From an uncultured bacterium (GTDB lineage: Bacteria; Patescibacteriota; Saccharimonadia; Saccharimonadales; 2-12-FULL-41-12), in contig CAWIAU010000001.1 of NCBI GenBank assembly GCA_963834265.1, forward strand, positions 391,572 to 455,571: 64,000 nucleotides of DNA, given 5' to 3'. Numbering within the stretch: the stretch's first letter is position 1; every line of letters starts with the position of its first letter. Position numbers and translations under genes: made by a program. Positions 25,798 to 35,191 of the stretch are shown one piece after another. The notes beneath the pieces are model-generated. The model did not search any database, was not told where the DNA came from, and was given only the letters and a program-made list of their open reading frames with translations.

Positions 25798-26189
25798 ATA
25801 ATTCGTTCACGATTAGCACGAAACTGAACAAGCAGGTGGTAGATATTACCGATATTGTACAGGGTTACATTGGTAATGAGTCCATTTGTTGTTCAGTTTT
25901 TGTTGCCCATACAACCTGTGCTGTTACGACAGCAGATCTTGATCCCGGGACCGACCTTGATTTGCTTGATGCGGTCTGGGAAATGATACCAAAATTAAAA
26001 TACCGCCATCCTCATGATCCCTCACATGTCCCGGCTCATCTGGCTAGTTCAGTAATCGGTCCCGGCGTTATGATACCTGCGAAGGACGGGAAGCTGATCC
26101 TTGGTACATGGCAGCGCATTATTCTGGTAGAGCTGGATGGCCCGAAACAACGCACAATTATTACGACAAATATATCCGGGTATCAGTAA
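25794..26189 (+). CDS. YjbQ/UPF0047 family protein (secondary thiamine-phosphate synthase-like)
   Basis: 131 aa with VFVAHTTCAVTTADLDPGTDLD...HPHDPSHVPAHLASSVIGP...LGTWQRIILVELDGP, typical of the family. Confidence 0.75.
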   Translation: MNNSFTISTKLNKQVVDITDIVQGYIGNESICCSVFVAHTTCAVTTADLDPGTDLDLLDAVWEMIPKLKYRHPHDPSHVPAHLASSVIGPGVMIPAKDGKLILGTWQRIILVELDGPKQRTIITTNISGYQ

Positions 26190-27001
26190 ATATACTGGAA
26201 TGATCCCGCCGACGCATTACGGCTGCTAACAACCCCTAATCCTGCATAGTTCATCTCGCTGACGCGTATAGTACCATCACCATTTACAGCTTCAACATAT
26301 ACGACATGCATACCTTGCTGTCCGATAGCTCCGACGCGCGGTACGGAACCGGTAGCTATACCTTGCGCTGCAGCCCTGGCAACCCAGGTATTGGCATTAC
26401 CGAGGTTATTTGGCAGGTCTCCCCGACGTTGTTTGGCATAGAAGGTACAATAACCCGCTGCATAGGTGTTACCACCGGCCGGGGCTCTTGTGCTTACTTT
26501 TCGTGGCGAGGCAGGAGTTGCCTTGGTCTTAGCTTTTGTCGAAGGTTTAACCGAAGAATTATATACTGTCGCCTGTTCGGTTGTAGCAGGGCTGGCGGGA
26601 GGCGGGACAGGGGCTACCGGCAAAGCTCTTTCCGGTAATACTTCCTCCGTTAACGGTATAATAATTTTACTATCAGCATTTATAACATCCGGGTTACTGA
26701 TCTGTAAGTTTTTAGAATAGAGTCTCTGCCACGAACTGCCATGAGTTGCGGCTATTTTTGATAAAGTTTCTCCGGTTACTACTGTATGTTCGACAGGCTT
26801 AGGAGGCTCCGGCGTTTTTACCTCAGGCTTGCTAATCGCAAGTGTCTGATTGACAGGCTTCTGCAGCTCAATACCCGACCCACTAAGCACATTTTTTACT
26901 ATATTTGTATTGGATGCCTCTTTGGCCTGAATCGGCGAACTATTCGTTACGAAAAATATTGTAAACAAAAATAATCCCGCCGCGATAGCGGATAACCTCA
27001 T
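26183..27001 (-). CDS. secreted LysM + CHAP domain peptidoglycan hydrolase
   Basis: Signal peptide; LysM (HTVVTGETLSKIAATHGSSWQRLYSKN...IIIP); Pro-rich linker; CHAP (GYCTFYAK...GMHVVYVEAV). Confidence 0.8.
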   Translation of the reverse strand: MRLSAIAAGLFLFTIFFVTNSSPIQAKEASNTNIVKNVLSGSGIELQKPVNQTLAISKPEVKTPEPPKPVEHTVVTGETLSKIAATHGSSWQRLYSKNLQISNPDVINADSKIIIPLTEEVLPERALPVAPVPPPASPATTEQATVYNSSVKPSTKAKTKATPASPRKVSTRAPAGGNTYAAGYCTFYAKQRRGDLPNNLGNANTWVARAAAQGIATGSVPRVGAIGQQGMHVVYVEAVNGDGTIRVSEMNYAGLGVVSSRNASAGSFQYIY

Positions 27002-27122
27002 GATACAAAAACCCTCCTCAAAAAACCTGTTTAATTTCTTATTTAAGTCACATCAGGTATAACCCTGATCTGAGTTGTGCGCTTTTACCTCCCAAAAGGC
27101 CAAAAAGTGAGCACGAAGTCTA

Positions 27123-27150
27123 ATCTTACAGGCTCAAAAATATATGTCAA
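27123..27150 (-). promoter_or_regulatory. promoter TTGACA-16-TAAGAT for the LysM-CHAP gene
   Basis: On the minus strand: TTGACA at 27150-27145 and TAAGAT at 27128-27123, leaving a ~115-nt leader with a GAGGAGGG RBS. Confidence 0.5.
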
Positions 27151-27270
27151 CTTTTGCGATTAATGCGCCCACTAGTGCCTAAAGGGTTATTATTTTTGAC
27201 AACAAATCCGGCTATCAGATTATGCTTATGTTTTACAGATATAGTTAATACCTTAGCTTGTAGAGGAGAT

Positions 27271-28068
27271 TTATAATTTGATTGATTTTATGATCTCAAG
27301 TGCCTGACTGTAAGCTTTGCTGGCTTGTAAATAGTCCACAGGCACGGGATTAGTTGCCAGATCATCTGTTAAACCAGAGTCCGAGTAGCCACCGGCGACG
27401 ATAATCGTGTCAGGTTCGCGGCCATAGTTCGGGCCGAGAGTATCATTTTTGTCCAGCTGGAAGTTTCCGGCGATCAAAAAGAAAGCGAAGTTATCTGTAT
27501 TATCGATTCCGAACGAAGATAATAATGTATCGGTGCGCTGGCCAGGGCCCGGATTCGAGTAAGTCAGCTTTTCGGATGGTTTGACGGCTATGCCGCGGCC
27601 GATGTATTTGCCATCGATTTCGCGGGCGCCTTTGCGTATATATATCCGGAAATTTCCGGTTTTTTCGCCGCTGCCAACTGTTACATAACTAAAGTCAGGA
27701 GAGGTGATACGGATTCCATTTTCAGCTTCGCTGACTTTCCACTCTTTCGGATATCTGAACTCAAGTCTCAGGTTGTCACTTCTGAATGTTTCACTATTCT
27801 TTGCATCCGGAATATCTGATGTTACAGCAGGTGTTTGGGGTAGAGCGGGCTGATTCTGCTGTGAGGCTTGCGGGGAATCTTTTTTGTCGGGAATAAGTTT
27901 CCATACGCCGTACCCGATACCTGTGAGTGCGAGCAATGTCATCAGTATCAAAAAAGGCTTCTTAGCTGTTTCCAGAAATGGTCGCTTAGGCTTAAATTTA
28001 GGTGATTTGTGTCTTGTTTTGGCTCCGGGCAACTCCACAGGATCACTATAATTAGGATCATTGTCCAT
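27271..28068 (-). CDS. hypothetical membrane-anchored protein
   Basis: N-terminal TM (FLILMTLLALTGIGYGVW) and an extracytoplasmic domain (LEFRYPKEWKVSEAENGIRITS...). Architecture resembles ORFs 7025 and 45323. Confidence 0.55.
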   Translation of the reverse strand: MDNDPNYSDPVELPGAKTRHKSPKFKPKRPFLETAKKPFLILMTLLALTGIGYGVWKLIPDKKDSPQASQQNQPALPQTPAVTSDIPDAKNSETFRSDNLRLEFRYPKEWKVSEAENGIRITSPDFSYVTVGSGEKTGNFRIYIRKGAREIDGKYIGRGIAVKPSEKLTYSNPGPGQRTDTLLSSFGIDNTDNFAFFLIAGNFQLDKNDTLGPNYGREPDTIIVAGGYSDSGLTDDLATNPVPVDYLQASKAYSQALEIIKSIKL

Positions 28069-28341
28069 CAGAGCTCACCCTTATATAAAATTTCCGGGCC
28101 CGAAAATGCCCTTTTTGCCCAAAATAAATCAAACTCTTTCGCAACATAGCTATGGTTATGCTTTGTCAGAGTTTGTCCATTGCGATCAAAAATTATCATC
28201 TTTTGGCCTCGAAAATTATATAGGACCAGGCTCTGGTATTATGCACTTTCCACGGAGTTCATACAAGCTCCGGATTTGCCTTAATTAACCGTTTTGAGCT
28301 ACTATAATATAAGCTAAACGGAGAGGGCAGGTGTTTTAGTA

Positions 28342-29943
28342 GTGGCTAAGAAGCAGACGAAGTATATATTTGTTACAGGAGGTGTCTTGTCAGGACTCGG
28401 CAAGGGTATCACCGCCGCCTCCATCGGCAATCTGCTCAAGGCCCGAGGTCTCAAAGTAAATCTCCAGAAATGTGATCCGTATCTTAATGTTGATGCCGGT
28501 ACATTAAATCCCCGTGAACATGGCGAATGTTTTGTCACAAAGGACGGCGCTGAGGCCGATCTGGACCTGGGTCATTACGAGCGCTTTCTGGACGAAGAAA
28601 TGACGGGTATGAGCAGTCTGATGAGCGGTCGGGTGCTGCTTAAAATTATTCAGGACGAAAGAGCAGGCAAATACGCCGGCGAAGATGTGCAGATTATTCC
28701 GCACCTTACCGCACTGATACAGGACTATATCCAGCAAGCAGGCGAAGGTTTCGACGTACACATAGTAGAAATTGGAGGCACCGTAGGAGACTACGAGAGC
28801 CTGAGCTTTGTAGAAGCGATCCGTGAATTTGCAATACGCGCCGGCCGGGAAAATTGTCTGTATGTACATGTTGTCTATATGCCATATCTGGGTGCAAGTC
28901 AGGAATTCAAGACCAAACCTGCTCAGAATTCGGTACGGGACCTGCGAGGCGCAGGTATAGCGCCGGATGTGCTGGTAGCGCGCAGCGAGAAGCCCGCCCC
29001 GGAATCAGTCAAAAAGAAACTAAGTCTGTTCTCCGGTGTTGATGCACAGGCGATTGCTCTGTTGCCGAACGCACCGAGTATTTACGGCGTCCCGCTGGAG
29101 CTGGAAGATACCGGAATCGCCGATGTTATAGCCGAGCGTCTCAAGCTAAAAGTATCCAAGCCCGCACTCAAAGAATGGCGTGACGTCGTCAAGCGTAGTA
29201 CGACAGATTTCCCGCGTAAGCTCACCGTCGGCGTTGTAGCAAAATATCTGGACAATCAGGATACTTATATGAGTGTATTTGAAGCACTAAGGGCAGCAGC
29301 CTGTCAGCGTGACGCAAATATTGACATACGCTGGATAGATAGTGAGAATCTGGGCAAATCCGGCACTGATGTAGCGAAAGCTCTGGTGGGTTGTGATGGG
29401 ATCGTTGTTCCGGGCGGTTTCGGCACCCGGGGGCTGGAGGGCAAAATACGGGCGGCTGGTTACGCCCTCGAGCACAAGTTACCATATCTGGGATTGTGCC
29501 TGGGACTTCAGATGGCAGTCATAGCCGCTGCACGGGGAGCAGGACTAGCTGACGCTACATCTGCTGAGCTCGATGCAACCGGGGTTAATCAGGTAATACA
29601 TACAATGAGTGATCAGAAAGGTAAAGAAAATACAGGCGGTACCATGCGTCTTGGCAATTACCCGTGTGTTGTGACCAAACCCAGCAAAGTTTATGACTGT
29701 TATGGCTCTAAAGAGGTTGTAGAGCGTCACCGACATCGATACGAGTGCAACAACGCTTATCGTGACCAATATGAAGCGTGGGGCATAAAGGCTGTCGGGT
29801 TAAGTCCCGACGGCCAGCTGGTTGAGATTATCGAGGCCATTGACCATCCTTTTTTTGTTGCCAGTCAGTTCCATCCTGAATTCAAATCGCGGCCCAACCG
29901 CCCACATCCTTTATTCAGAGGTTTCGTTAACAGCCTTGCGTAG
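28342..29943 (+). CDS. pyrG: CTP synthase
   Basis: KYIFVTGGVLSGLGKGITAASIG and a C-terminal glutamine amidotransferase domain (YLGLCLGLQ...SQFHPEF). GTG start. Confidence 0.95.
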   Translation: MAKKQTKYIFVTGGVLSGLGKGITAASIGNLLKARGLKVNLQKCDPYLNVDAGTLNPREHGECFVTKDGAEADLDLGHYERFLDEEMTGMSSLMSGRVLLKIIQDERAGKYAGEDVQIIPHLTALIQDYIQQAGEGFDVHIVEIGGTVGDYESLSFVEAIREFAIRAGRENCLYVHVVYMPYLGASQEFKTKPAQNSVRDLRGAGIAPDVLVARSEKPAPESVKKKLSLFSGVDAQAIALLPNAPSIYGVPLELEDTGIADVIAERLKLKVSKPALKEWRDVVKRSTTDFPRKLTVGVVAKYLDNQDTYMSVFEALRAAACQRDANIDIRWIDSENLGKSGTDVAKALVGCDGIVVPGGFGTRGLEGKIRAAGYALEHKLPYLGLCLGLQMAVIAAARGAGLADATSAELDATGVNQVIHTMSDQKGKENTGGTMRLGNYPCVVTKPSKVYDCYGSKEVVERHRHRYECNNAYRDQYEAWGIKAVGLSPDGQLVEIIEAIDHPFFVASQFHPEFKSRPNRPHPLFRGFVNSLA

Positions 29944-29989
29944 ATTCGTTCTATTGCAAATTGTATTGAAGTAGTTTAGCATTAGCCCC

Positions 29990-30370
29990 ATGGAAGAAAT
30001 ACACAGAACAATATTACTGGTAGAAGATGATGACAACCTGGCTGACGTATATCAGATGCGCCTGGAGGCCGAGGGCTTCACGGTCAAACGCGTGGCTAAC
30101 GGCGAGGACGCGCTGGCTGTGGCTTTGCAGGTGAAGCCTGATCTGATCCTGCTTGATGTCATGATGCCCAAGGTCAGCGGCTTTGATATTCTCGATATCC
30201 TGCGTAACACACCCGAAACAGCAGATATGCGTATTATCATGCTGACCGCTCTCAGTCAGGACAGTGACCGTGATCGTGCCAAAGCGCTCGGTGTAGATGA
30301 TTATCTCGTCAAATCACAAGTCGTCATAGCCGATGTTGTAGAACGCATCAAACAACACCTTCAGGTCTGA
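29990..30370 (+). CDS. stand-alone response regulator receiver domain (CheY-like)
   Basis: LLVEDDD...DLILLDVMMPKVSGFD...IIMLTAL...DYLVKS (canonical DD, D, T and K positions). Confidence 0.8.
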   Translation: MEEIHRTILLVEDDDNLADVYQMRLEAEGFTVKRVANGEDALAVALQVKPDLILLDVMMPKVSGFDILDILRNTPETADMRIIMLTALSQDSDRDRAKALGVDDYLVKSQVVIADVVERIKQHLQV

Positions 30371-30392
30371 TAGTTTATTTTTAGCTACAATC

Positions 30393-30421
30393 TTGACATA
30401 GCATAAAACTTATGCTAATAT
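30393..30421 (+). promoter_or_regulatory. consensus promoter TTGACA-17-TAATAT for ORF 30448
   Basis: -35 box at 30393-30398, 17-nt spacer, -10 box at 30416-30421. Confidence 0.55.
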
Positions 30422-30447
30422 GTTTATTGTTAATTTAAAACATAAAC

Positions 30448-32184
30448 ATGACATCTCCCGAACAACCAATGTTAACTAATGATCAGCTGGGCAATCTGGC
30501 AATCCGAACGGTTCATGATGCCGAATTAATCCAGGGAGGTGCTGCATATCAGCATCATGGCACTCCGCTACCAGAGAACTTAACAGGGGATGTGATAATT
30601 CGGCCAGTAGGCTTAGATGTGCCTGAGTCGCAACAAGACGCGCTTTACGAAAAGAATGTCATAGAGCCTCAGGTAAAAGCATTTCTCGAAGAAACTCCTG
30701 AAGGTCAGGAAATTACCAGTCATAAAGAAACACTTTTGAGTATAAAAAATATTGTTGGCGGGAGAATCGGCGATGTTATACACTATGATACTAAAAGTAG
30801 GAAAGAAGCACAGAACCTCCCGGGTTTCGAATCCTTTCTACATACAAACGGTATAGATATCGATTTCGACAGGCTAAGTCGCCGATCCGAATCATCAGAG
30901 TATGGAAGTGACATTTCAAAGATGTTAAGCAGCTTTCAAGGCAATTTAGATACTCTGGCCCGTACCCTGGCATTGAGTCCTGATCTTCGTCTTAATAAAA
31001 AAGTAAATATCCGTCGCCCTGAAGATGGATCATCCTTGGAAGAGCCGGAATGGGTTATCGAGGGCTTCACCGCAAAAGGTCGTGTAAGAGTTGGGCAGGA
31101 TGGTTCTGACTCCTATAGTATGCGTGAAGTATCAGCAGATGCTTTAAGCCCGGCAGTAAGCAGTGAACAGACTGAAGTTATTTCTGCACATGACGACCAG
31201 TATCTAATAGCGTCAAGAGAAGCCGGTGGGATTGTAATAAAACTAGCCGGTGAAAAGGCTGTGAACACACCGCCAGACGAAATCGCTGCAGATAGCAAAG
31301 CTCCGGTAAATGAATTCAAAAGACCTGAACTTAATAGTGTTTTCAGTGATGGACGTAGTCTCGAACGAACATTAAGAGATCCGGACGTTGATCCGGATAT
31401 CAAAAGCCAGCTTCGTGCAGTAACCGGTGCGTGGCAGGAAGTACAAACAGCTCTTGTTGTCGATAAAGCCTGGAATGAAGTTATCTCTCCTGCACTTAGC
31501 CGGCTGGATGAAGCTTTACCGAACCTCAAAGGCATGGTTGATAACCTGAATCAGGTAACAGAACAAATGTCCGGCGGCCTCAGAATACTGGCTGAGGCAA
31601 TTGAGAGCAGAGATATAATGGCTATTGAAGATGGGGCACGGCGTGTAGGATTAGAATCGCTGATTGATCAGTTTGGCCAGAATTCGCAGAGACTTGTAAA
31701 TAATAACGGATTAGCTCAGGCCGCGTATCAATTAGGTGGTGATAACGAAGAAAGTGCTGATCTGGTCAGACGCAGTTTGATTCGCGAATTTGATAATGAG
31801 ATGGACGAAGCCTCATACGATAAACTAGCCGGACAGGTCGGTCCGTTGATAGATCAAGGCCTGGATCTGCCACAGGTAATTGCCAGAATCAGGCAGGATG
31901 TGCCGGAAGAGACTACCGCTAGTTGGCTACGACATCAAGAAGATATCGCCACAGTAGTAACCTTCGCCCGATTGGCAGGTTCAAATGAAGAGCTGGGCAC
32001 ACCTTTTACACAACTGAATAATGAGCTTGGTGCTTTTAGGGAAGCAATGATTAGAGGAAGCTATGATGCTGCCCAGGCTATGTATATAAGAAATAGTTTA
32101 CTAGCTGGTATTCAAAGGAAGCTCGAAGATCTTACAATGATGACCCGATTGATTGATTCGTACCGCAGAGACAGCCAAAAATAA
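30448..32184 (+). CDS. hypothetical protein (578 aa orphan, soluble, helical C-terminal half)
   Basis: Long ORF behind a consensus promoter. No TM, signal peptide or catalytic motif recognised. Confidence 0.55.
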   Translation: MTSPEQPMLTNDQLGNLAIRTVHDAELIQGGAAYQHHGTPLPENLTGDVIIRPVGLDVPESQQDALYEKNVIEPQVKAFLEETPEGQEITSHKETLLSIKNIVGGRIGDVIHYDTKSRKEAQNLPGFESFLHTNGIDIDFDRLSRRSESSEYGSDISKMLSSFQGNLDTLARTLALSPDLRLNKKVNIRRPEDGSSLEEPEWVIEGFTAKGRVRVGQDGSDSYSMREVSADALSPAVSSEQTEVISAHDDQYLIASREAGGIVIKLAGEKAVNTPPDEIAADSKAPVNEFKRPELNSVFSDGRSLERTLRDPDVDPDIKSQLRAVTGAWQEVQTALVVDKAWNEVISPALSRLDEALPNLKGMVDNLNQVTEQMSGGLRILAEAIESRDIMAIEDGARRVGLESLIDQFGQNSQRLVNNNGLAQAAYQLGGDNEESADLVRRSLIREFDNEMDEASYDKLAGQVGPLIDQGLDLPQVIARIRQDVPEETTASWLRHQEDIATVVTFARLAGSNEELGTPFTQLNNELGAFREAMIRGSYDAAQAMYIRNSLLAGIQRKLEDLTMMTRLIDSYRRDSQK

Positions 32185-32236
32185 TAAATATATCAGGAAA
32201 GAGCATCAGAAGACTGAATCGAATAGTGCCAGTAAC

Positions 32237-32265
32237 TTGACAGATTAAGTAATATTTGCTATCAT
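32237..32265 (+). promoter_or_regulatory. consensus promoter TTGACA-17-TATCAT for ORF 32308
   Basis: -35 box at 32237-32242, 17-nt spacer, -10 box at 32260-32265. Confidence 0.55.
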
Positions 32266-32307
32266 ATATACCAGTATAACTAAAATAAACAAAGTAAAAA
32301 CAAAAAT

Positions 32308-33441
32308 ATGAACTTTAACGAACAACCAACTGCAGCATTGTCACAGCCAATTGAAACAGGAGATCCATCCGGATTACGAGCCAATCAAGGCACAGCTGTG
32401 GTAGCTGCTGTACTGGCGCTGGGAGGAGCGGTCAATCAGGCAGGCAATTTCGATACTTCACACCCGGTTACTCAGGGTAGTAATCCTTCCAATATTCAGG
32501 TAGTGCCTATGGATGCACAGGCGGGCACAGTGGGAACGAAGCAGGCAGCCGAATCAATGATAGCAAAAATGCGTGGTCTATCAGCGATGACAGGAGAGTT
32601 ACCTGCAGAAAAAAAGGCTTTGAACACTCAGGATGAATTAAAAGCAAATGGTGGCTCAGGCTCGGCCTATATAGAAAGCAGTAATAACTCCGTAACAGAT
32701 GATATTGGTTGCGAGCCCGAACCAACAGATACAACTGATTATGACAATACTGACGATCAGTACCAGTCTCTTAATGACAGTACTGATTCCGGTCTGGATT
32801 CAACCGGCGCAGATACTGATTCCGGCCTCACAGTTACAGCAGACACGGCTGCCATTCAATCCGGTAGCAGTACTATAGAGACTCCAGCCGTCAGATCACA
32901 GATAATTGATGCAGGCGGAGAAGAACCGGAAGCTACCCCGACAACAGACGGCAACGAGGATGAGAATACTGGCGACACAGACACAGACACAGACACAGAC
33001 GGCGAAAATAACGCTGGCAATTCGGATAATAATAATTTGGACGCAGACACTGGCAACTGGGGTGAAGGTGATTCTGCTGGAAACGATAATTACACAGATA
33101 GTGGCAACGTAAGTGATTATGGTGCTGATACGGCAACAGACGATACGGGGAGTGCTAATGCCCCTGATATAGACGATAGTTCTTCAGATGGTAACGGCTA
33201 TCCGGGCCAGGGGATCGATAACGGAGAAGAATCACCAGAATCTGCAGAAAACTGCGACAACCCTATATCCGATGATGAAAGCGGGGGAGACGATGATTCC
33301 GTTACTCAATCAGATGATGATATGGCAGACGACCCAACCACCACCGGACCTGTGTCCGAAGCAGCGGAGGGCGAAGGAGAAGATCCTTATGGTCTCCTGG
33401 ATGATCCAAACACACAGAACACCGGTGAATCAACACCATAA
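32308..33441 (+). CDS. hypothetical, extremely acidic D/T/N/G/S-rich protein with one hydrophobic segment
   Basis: 377 aa. Hydrophobic segment AVVAAVLALGGAV, followed by ~250 aa of low-complexity acidic sequence that includes a DTDTDTDTD run. Confidence 0.5.
   Translation: MNFNEQPTAALSQPIETGDPSGLRANQGTAVVAAVLALGGAVNQAGNFDTSHPVTQGSNPSNIQVVPMDAQAGTVGTKQAAESMIAKMRGLSAMTGELPAEKKALNTQDELKANGGSGSAYIESSNNSVTDDIGCEPEPTDTTDYDNTDDQYQSLNDSTDSGLDSTGADTDSGLTVTADTAAIQSGSSTIETPAVRSQIIDAGGEEPEATPTTDGNEDENTGDTDTDTDTDGENNAGNSDNNNLDADTGNWGEGDSAGNDNYTDSGNVSDYGADTATDDTGSANAPDIDDSSSDGNGYPGQGIDNGEESPESAENCDNPISDDESGGDDDSVTQSDDDMADDPTTTGPVSEAAEGEGEDPYGLLDDPNTQNTGESTP
32974..33000 (+). repeat. hexanucleotide microsatellite (GACACA) x4.5 inside ORF 32308
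   Basis: GACACAGACACAGACACAGACACAGAC, in frame, encoding DTDTDTDTD. Confidence 0.9.
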
Positions 33442-33449
33442 CATTTTTT

Positions 33450-33614
33450 TAGAACTCATTTCAAAACTTCTCTGTTCTGCAAACAGAATTGACGGCAAGC
33501 TCACCATTTTTTGTGTCGCAGGATAGCTACGGCTATCTTTTGTTAAAAGAAAATGACAATTTTTCTCGCCAATTGCTATTTTCGAATTTCAGGGAGGTTT
33601 TGAAATGAGTTCTA
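33450..33614 (+). repeat. ~165 nt unit bounded by an 18-bp perfect inverted repeat (25 bp with G.U pairs), filling the convergent gap before rpmA
   Basis: TAGAACTCATTTCAAAAC (33450-33467) / GTTTTGAAATGAGTTCTA (33597-33614). The stem extends with TTCTCTG/CAGGGAG. Internal hairpins TTCTG-CAAA-CAGAA and GATAGC-TACG-GCTATC followed by TTTTGTT. Confidence 0.6.
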
Positions 33615-33884
33615 GACCACGGAGACTTCGGTGCGGCGGACGGTGCGTCCGGTAAAAGTGCGAACCTGACGGGTTTTGAAAGCCACTATGCCGTCCCGGT
33701 GGGCATGAATAGTGAAATTACGGCTCATTTTGGTACCCGGCCCAGGACGCTTGGTCATACCAATCTGACGTACGATTACCATACCAACTCTGGCTTGTTC
33801 GCCCCCAAATAGCTTGACCCCGAGCCTTTGTCCGGGACTATCATGATTATTTTTACTGCTACCACCAGCTTTTACTTTAGACAT
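33612..33884 (-). CDS. rpmA: 50S ribosomal protein L27
   Basis: KAGGSSKNNHDSPGQRLGVKLFGGEQARVGMVIVRQIG matches the L27 signature. Confidence 0.9.
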   Translation of the reverse strand: MSKVKAGGSSKNNHDSPGQRLGVKLFGGEQARVGMVIVRQIGMTKRPGPGTKMSRNFTIHAHRDGIVAFKTRQVRTFTGRTVRRTEVSVV

Positions 33885-33887
33885 ACA

Positions 33888-35072
33888 TTACTTTCTTTCT
33901 AATACTACGAGTTCACGGGCGACGATCTGGCCTTCTCTGTGATAGATCAGGTCCTGATTAGTGGCGTGAACGAACTTAATACGATTATAGCCTAAACTCT
34001 CTGGTGAATCAAGCATACGCAGGTGTTTGAAGCCCTTATTTGTTCGCCAGGCGGGTATGGCGATGCATATCCGGAAGCCTGCCTGTGTCTGGCGGGCAAC
34101 ATTTTGCAGAAATTTTTTATGGATTGTATCGCAATCGTTCATGATCTTTTGCAATGATTCGCGCTCAGGCAGCGAACTCAGAGCTCTGCCCAGATAGGTC
34201 TCTGTGGCGATCACATCGTATTCGTGAGGCCATTGAACGGAGGTGGCGTCGGCAACTTCAAATCGGGAATCAGAACCATCATATCTGGTATTTATGGCAA
34301 GCCACTGCAGATTTTTACGGCTGTAATCTGCCATTCGCGTGTCTATGTCGGTTCCGTATATACCGTAACCCATCAGGCCGGCTTCCTGCAGAATAACACC
34401 TGTGCCACAGAAAGGATCCATAACTTTCAGCTTGTCCCCCCGGGACTGAACAGTACCCACGGCCAGATTGATAATGATTTGTGCAAGTTTGGGAGGCAAC
34501 ATGCCAACACGAGCATCGCGGTAGGGGCGTTCCTGATCGCGCTTCCTATAGGCATCAATATCCTGTACAGCAATGGATTGAGCAACAATAGTCTGACTGC
34601 CATGTTTTACAAATAGCAACTCCCAGCCCAGTTTCTGTGTGAGTTTATTGTGCAGGACCTGTGCGGCATTGAGTGCGGTGTCAACATTGGGTACATAGCG
34701 TACACTACGTCCTGCAAATCGTATAACTTTTTTGAGTGATAAACCGGTAGCCTGCAAACGCTGCGGCGATACGTCAAAATCATAAACACTGAGACCTAAC
34801 CGCAGCTTACCTTCGGGCAGGTTAGCGGCATGTCCTGCTGCAACGCTTTCCAGAAAATTCTGAATATCATCCCAGTTTGTAGTATCCAGTGCAGTCAGTA
34901 CTTTGGCGAACTTTACCATGCCTCCGAGGCGTGCAAAATTGATCTGCTGTGGATCCAGATCAATAGCTACAGCTTGGTTGCCAATAAGCTGTAACTTGTC
35001 GGCACCGTACAAACTTTCCAGCTCAGCCAATCCCAAAGCCGGCTGTCGTCCCAAAATAATTAACGATTGCAT
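33888..35072 (-). CDS. class I SAM-dependent RNA/DNA methyltransferase (Trm11/RlmL-like N-methylase)
   Basis: SAM motif I VMDPFCGTGVILQEAG, then DVIATETYLG at the position of the (D/N)PPY motif IV. N-terminal ~180-aa substrate-binding-like domain. Confidence 0.6.
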   Translation of the reverse strand: MQSLIILGRQPALGLAELESLYGADKLQLIGNQAVAIDLDPQQINFARLGGMVKFAKVLTALDTTNWDDIQNFLESVAAGHAANLPEGKLRLGLSVYDFDVSPQRLQATGLSLKKVIRFAGRSVRYVPNVDTALNAAQVLHNKLTQKLGWELLFVKHGSQTIVAQSIAVQDIDAYRKRDQERPYRDARVGMLPPKLAQIIINLAVGTVQSRGDKLKVMDPFCGTGVILQEAGLMGYGIYGTDIDTRMADYSRKNLQWLAINTRYDGSDSRFEVADATSVQWPHEYDVIATETYLGRALSSLPERESLQKIMNDCDTIHKKFLQNVARQTQAGFRICIAIPAWRTNKGFKHLRMLDSPESLGYNRIKFVHATNQDLIYHREGQIVARELVVLERK

Positions 35073-35114
35073 ACCCTTAAGTATAACTTATTAATAGGAT
35101 ACACAATTTACTTA

Positions 35115-35143
35115 TTGACAATAAAAGTATAAAATAGTATTAT
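35115..35143 (+). promoter_or_regulatory. consensus promoter TTGACA-17-TATTAT for ORF 35192
   Basis: -35 box at 35115-35120, 17-nt spacer, -10 box at 35138-35143. Confidence 0.55.
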
Positions 35144-35191
35144 TAAATCCTAAATCTGTTCGCGGAGTTTTTTATTAAAGGAGTATTAAGC

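Noticed and set aside
27002-27122. Possible c-di-AMP (ydaO-type) riboswitch in the ~115-nt leader of the LysM-CHAP hydrolase gene, a typical genomic context for that riboswitch.
   Set aside because: I could not find the pseudo-two-fold arrangement or the conserved ACGGGGA/CCCA-type blocks. Only two ordinary hairpins are present.
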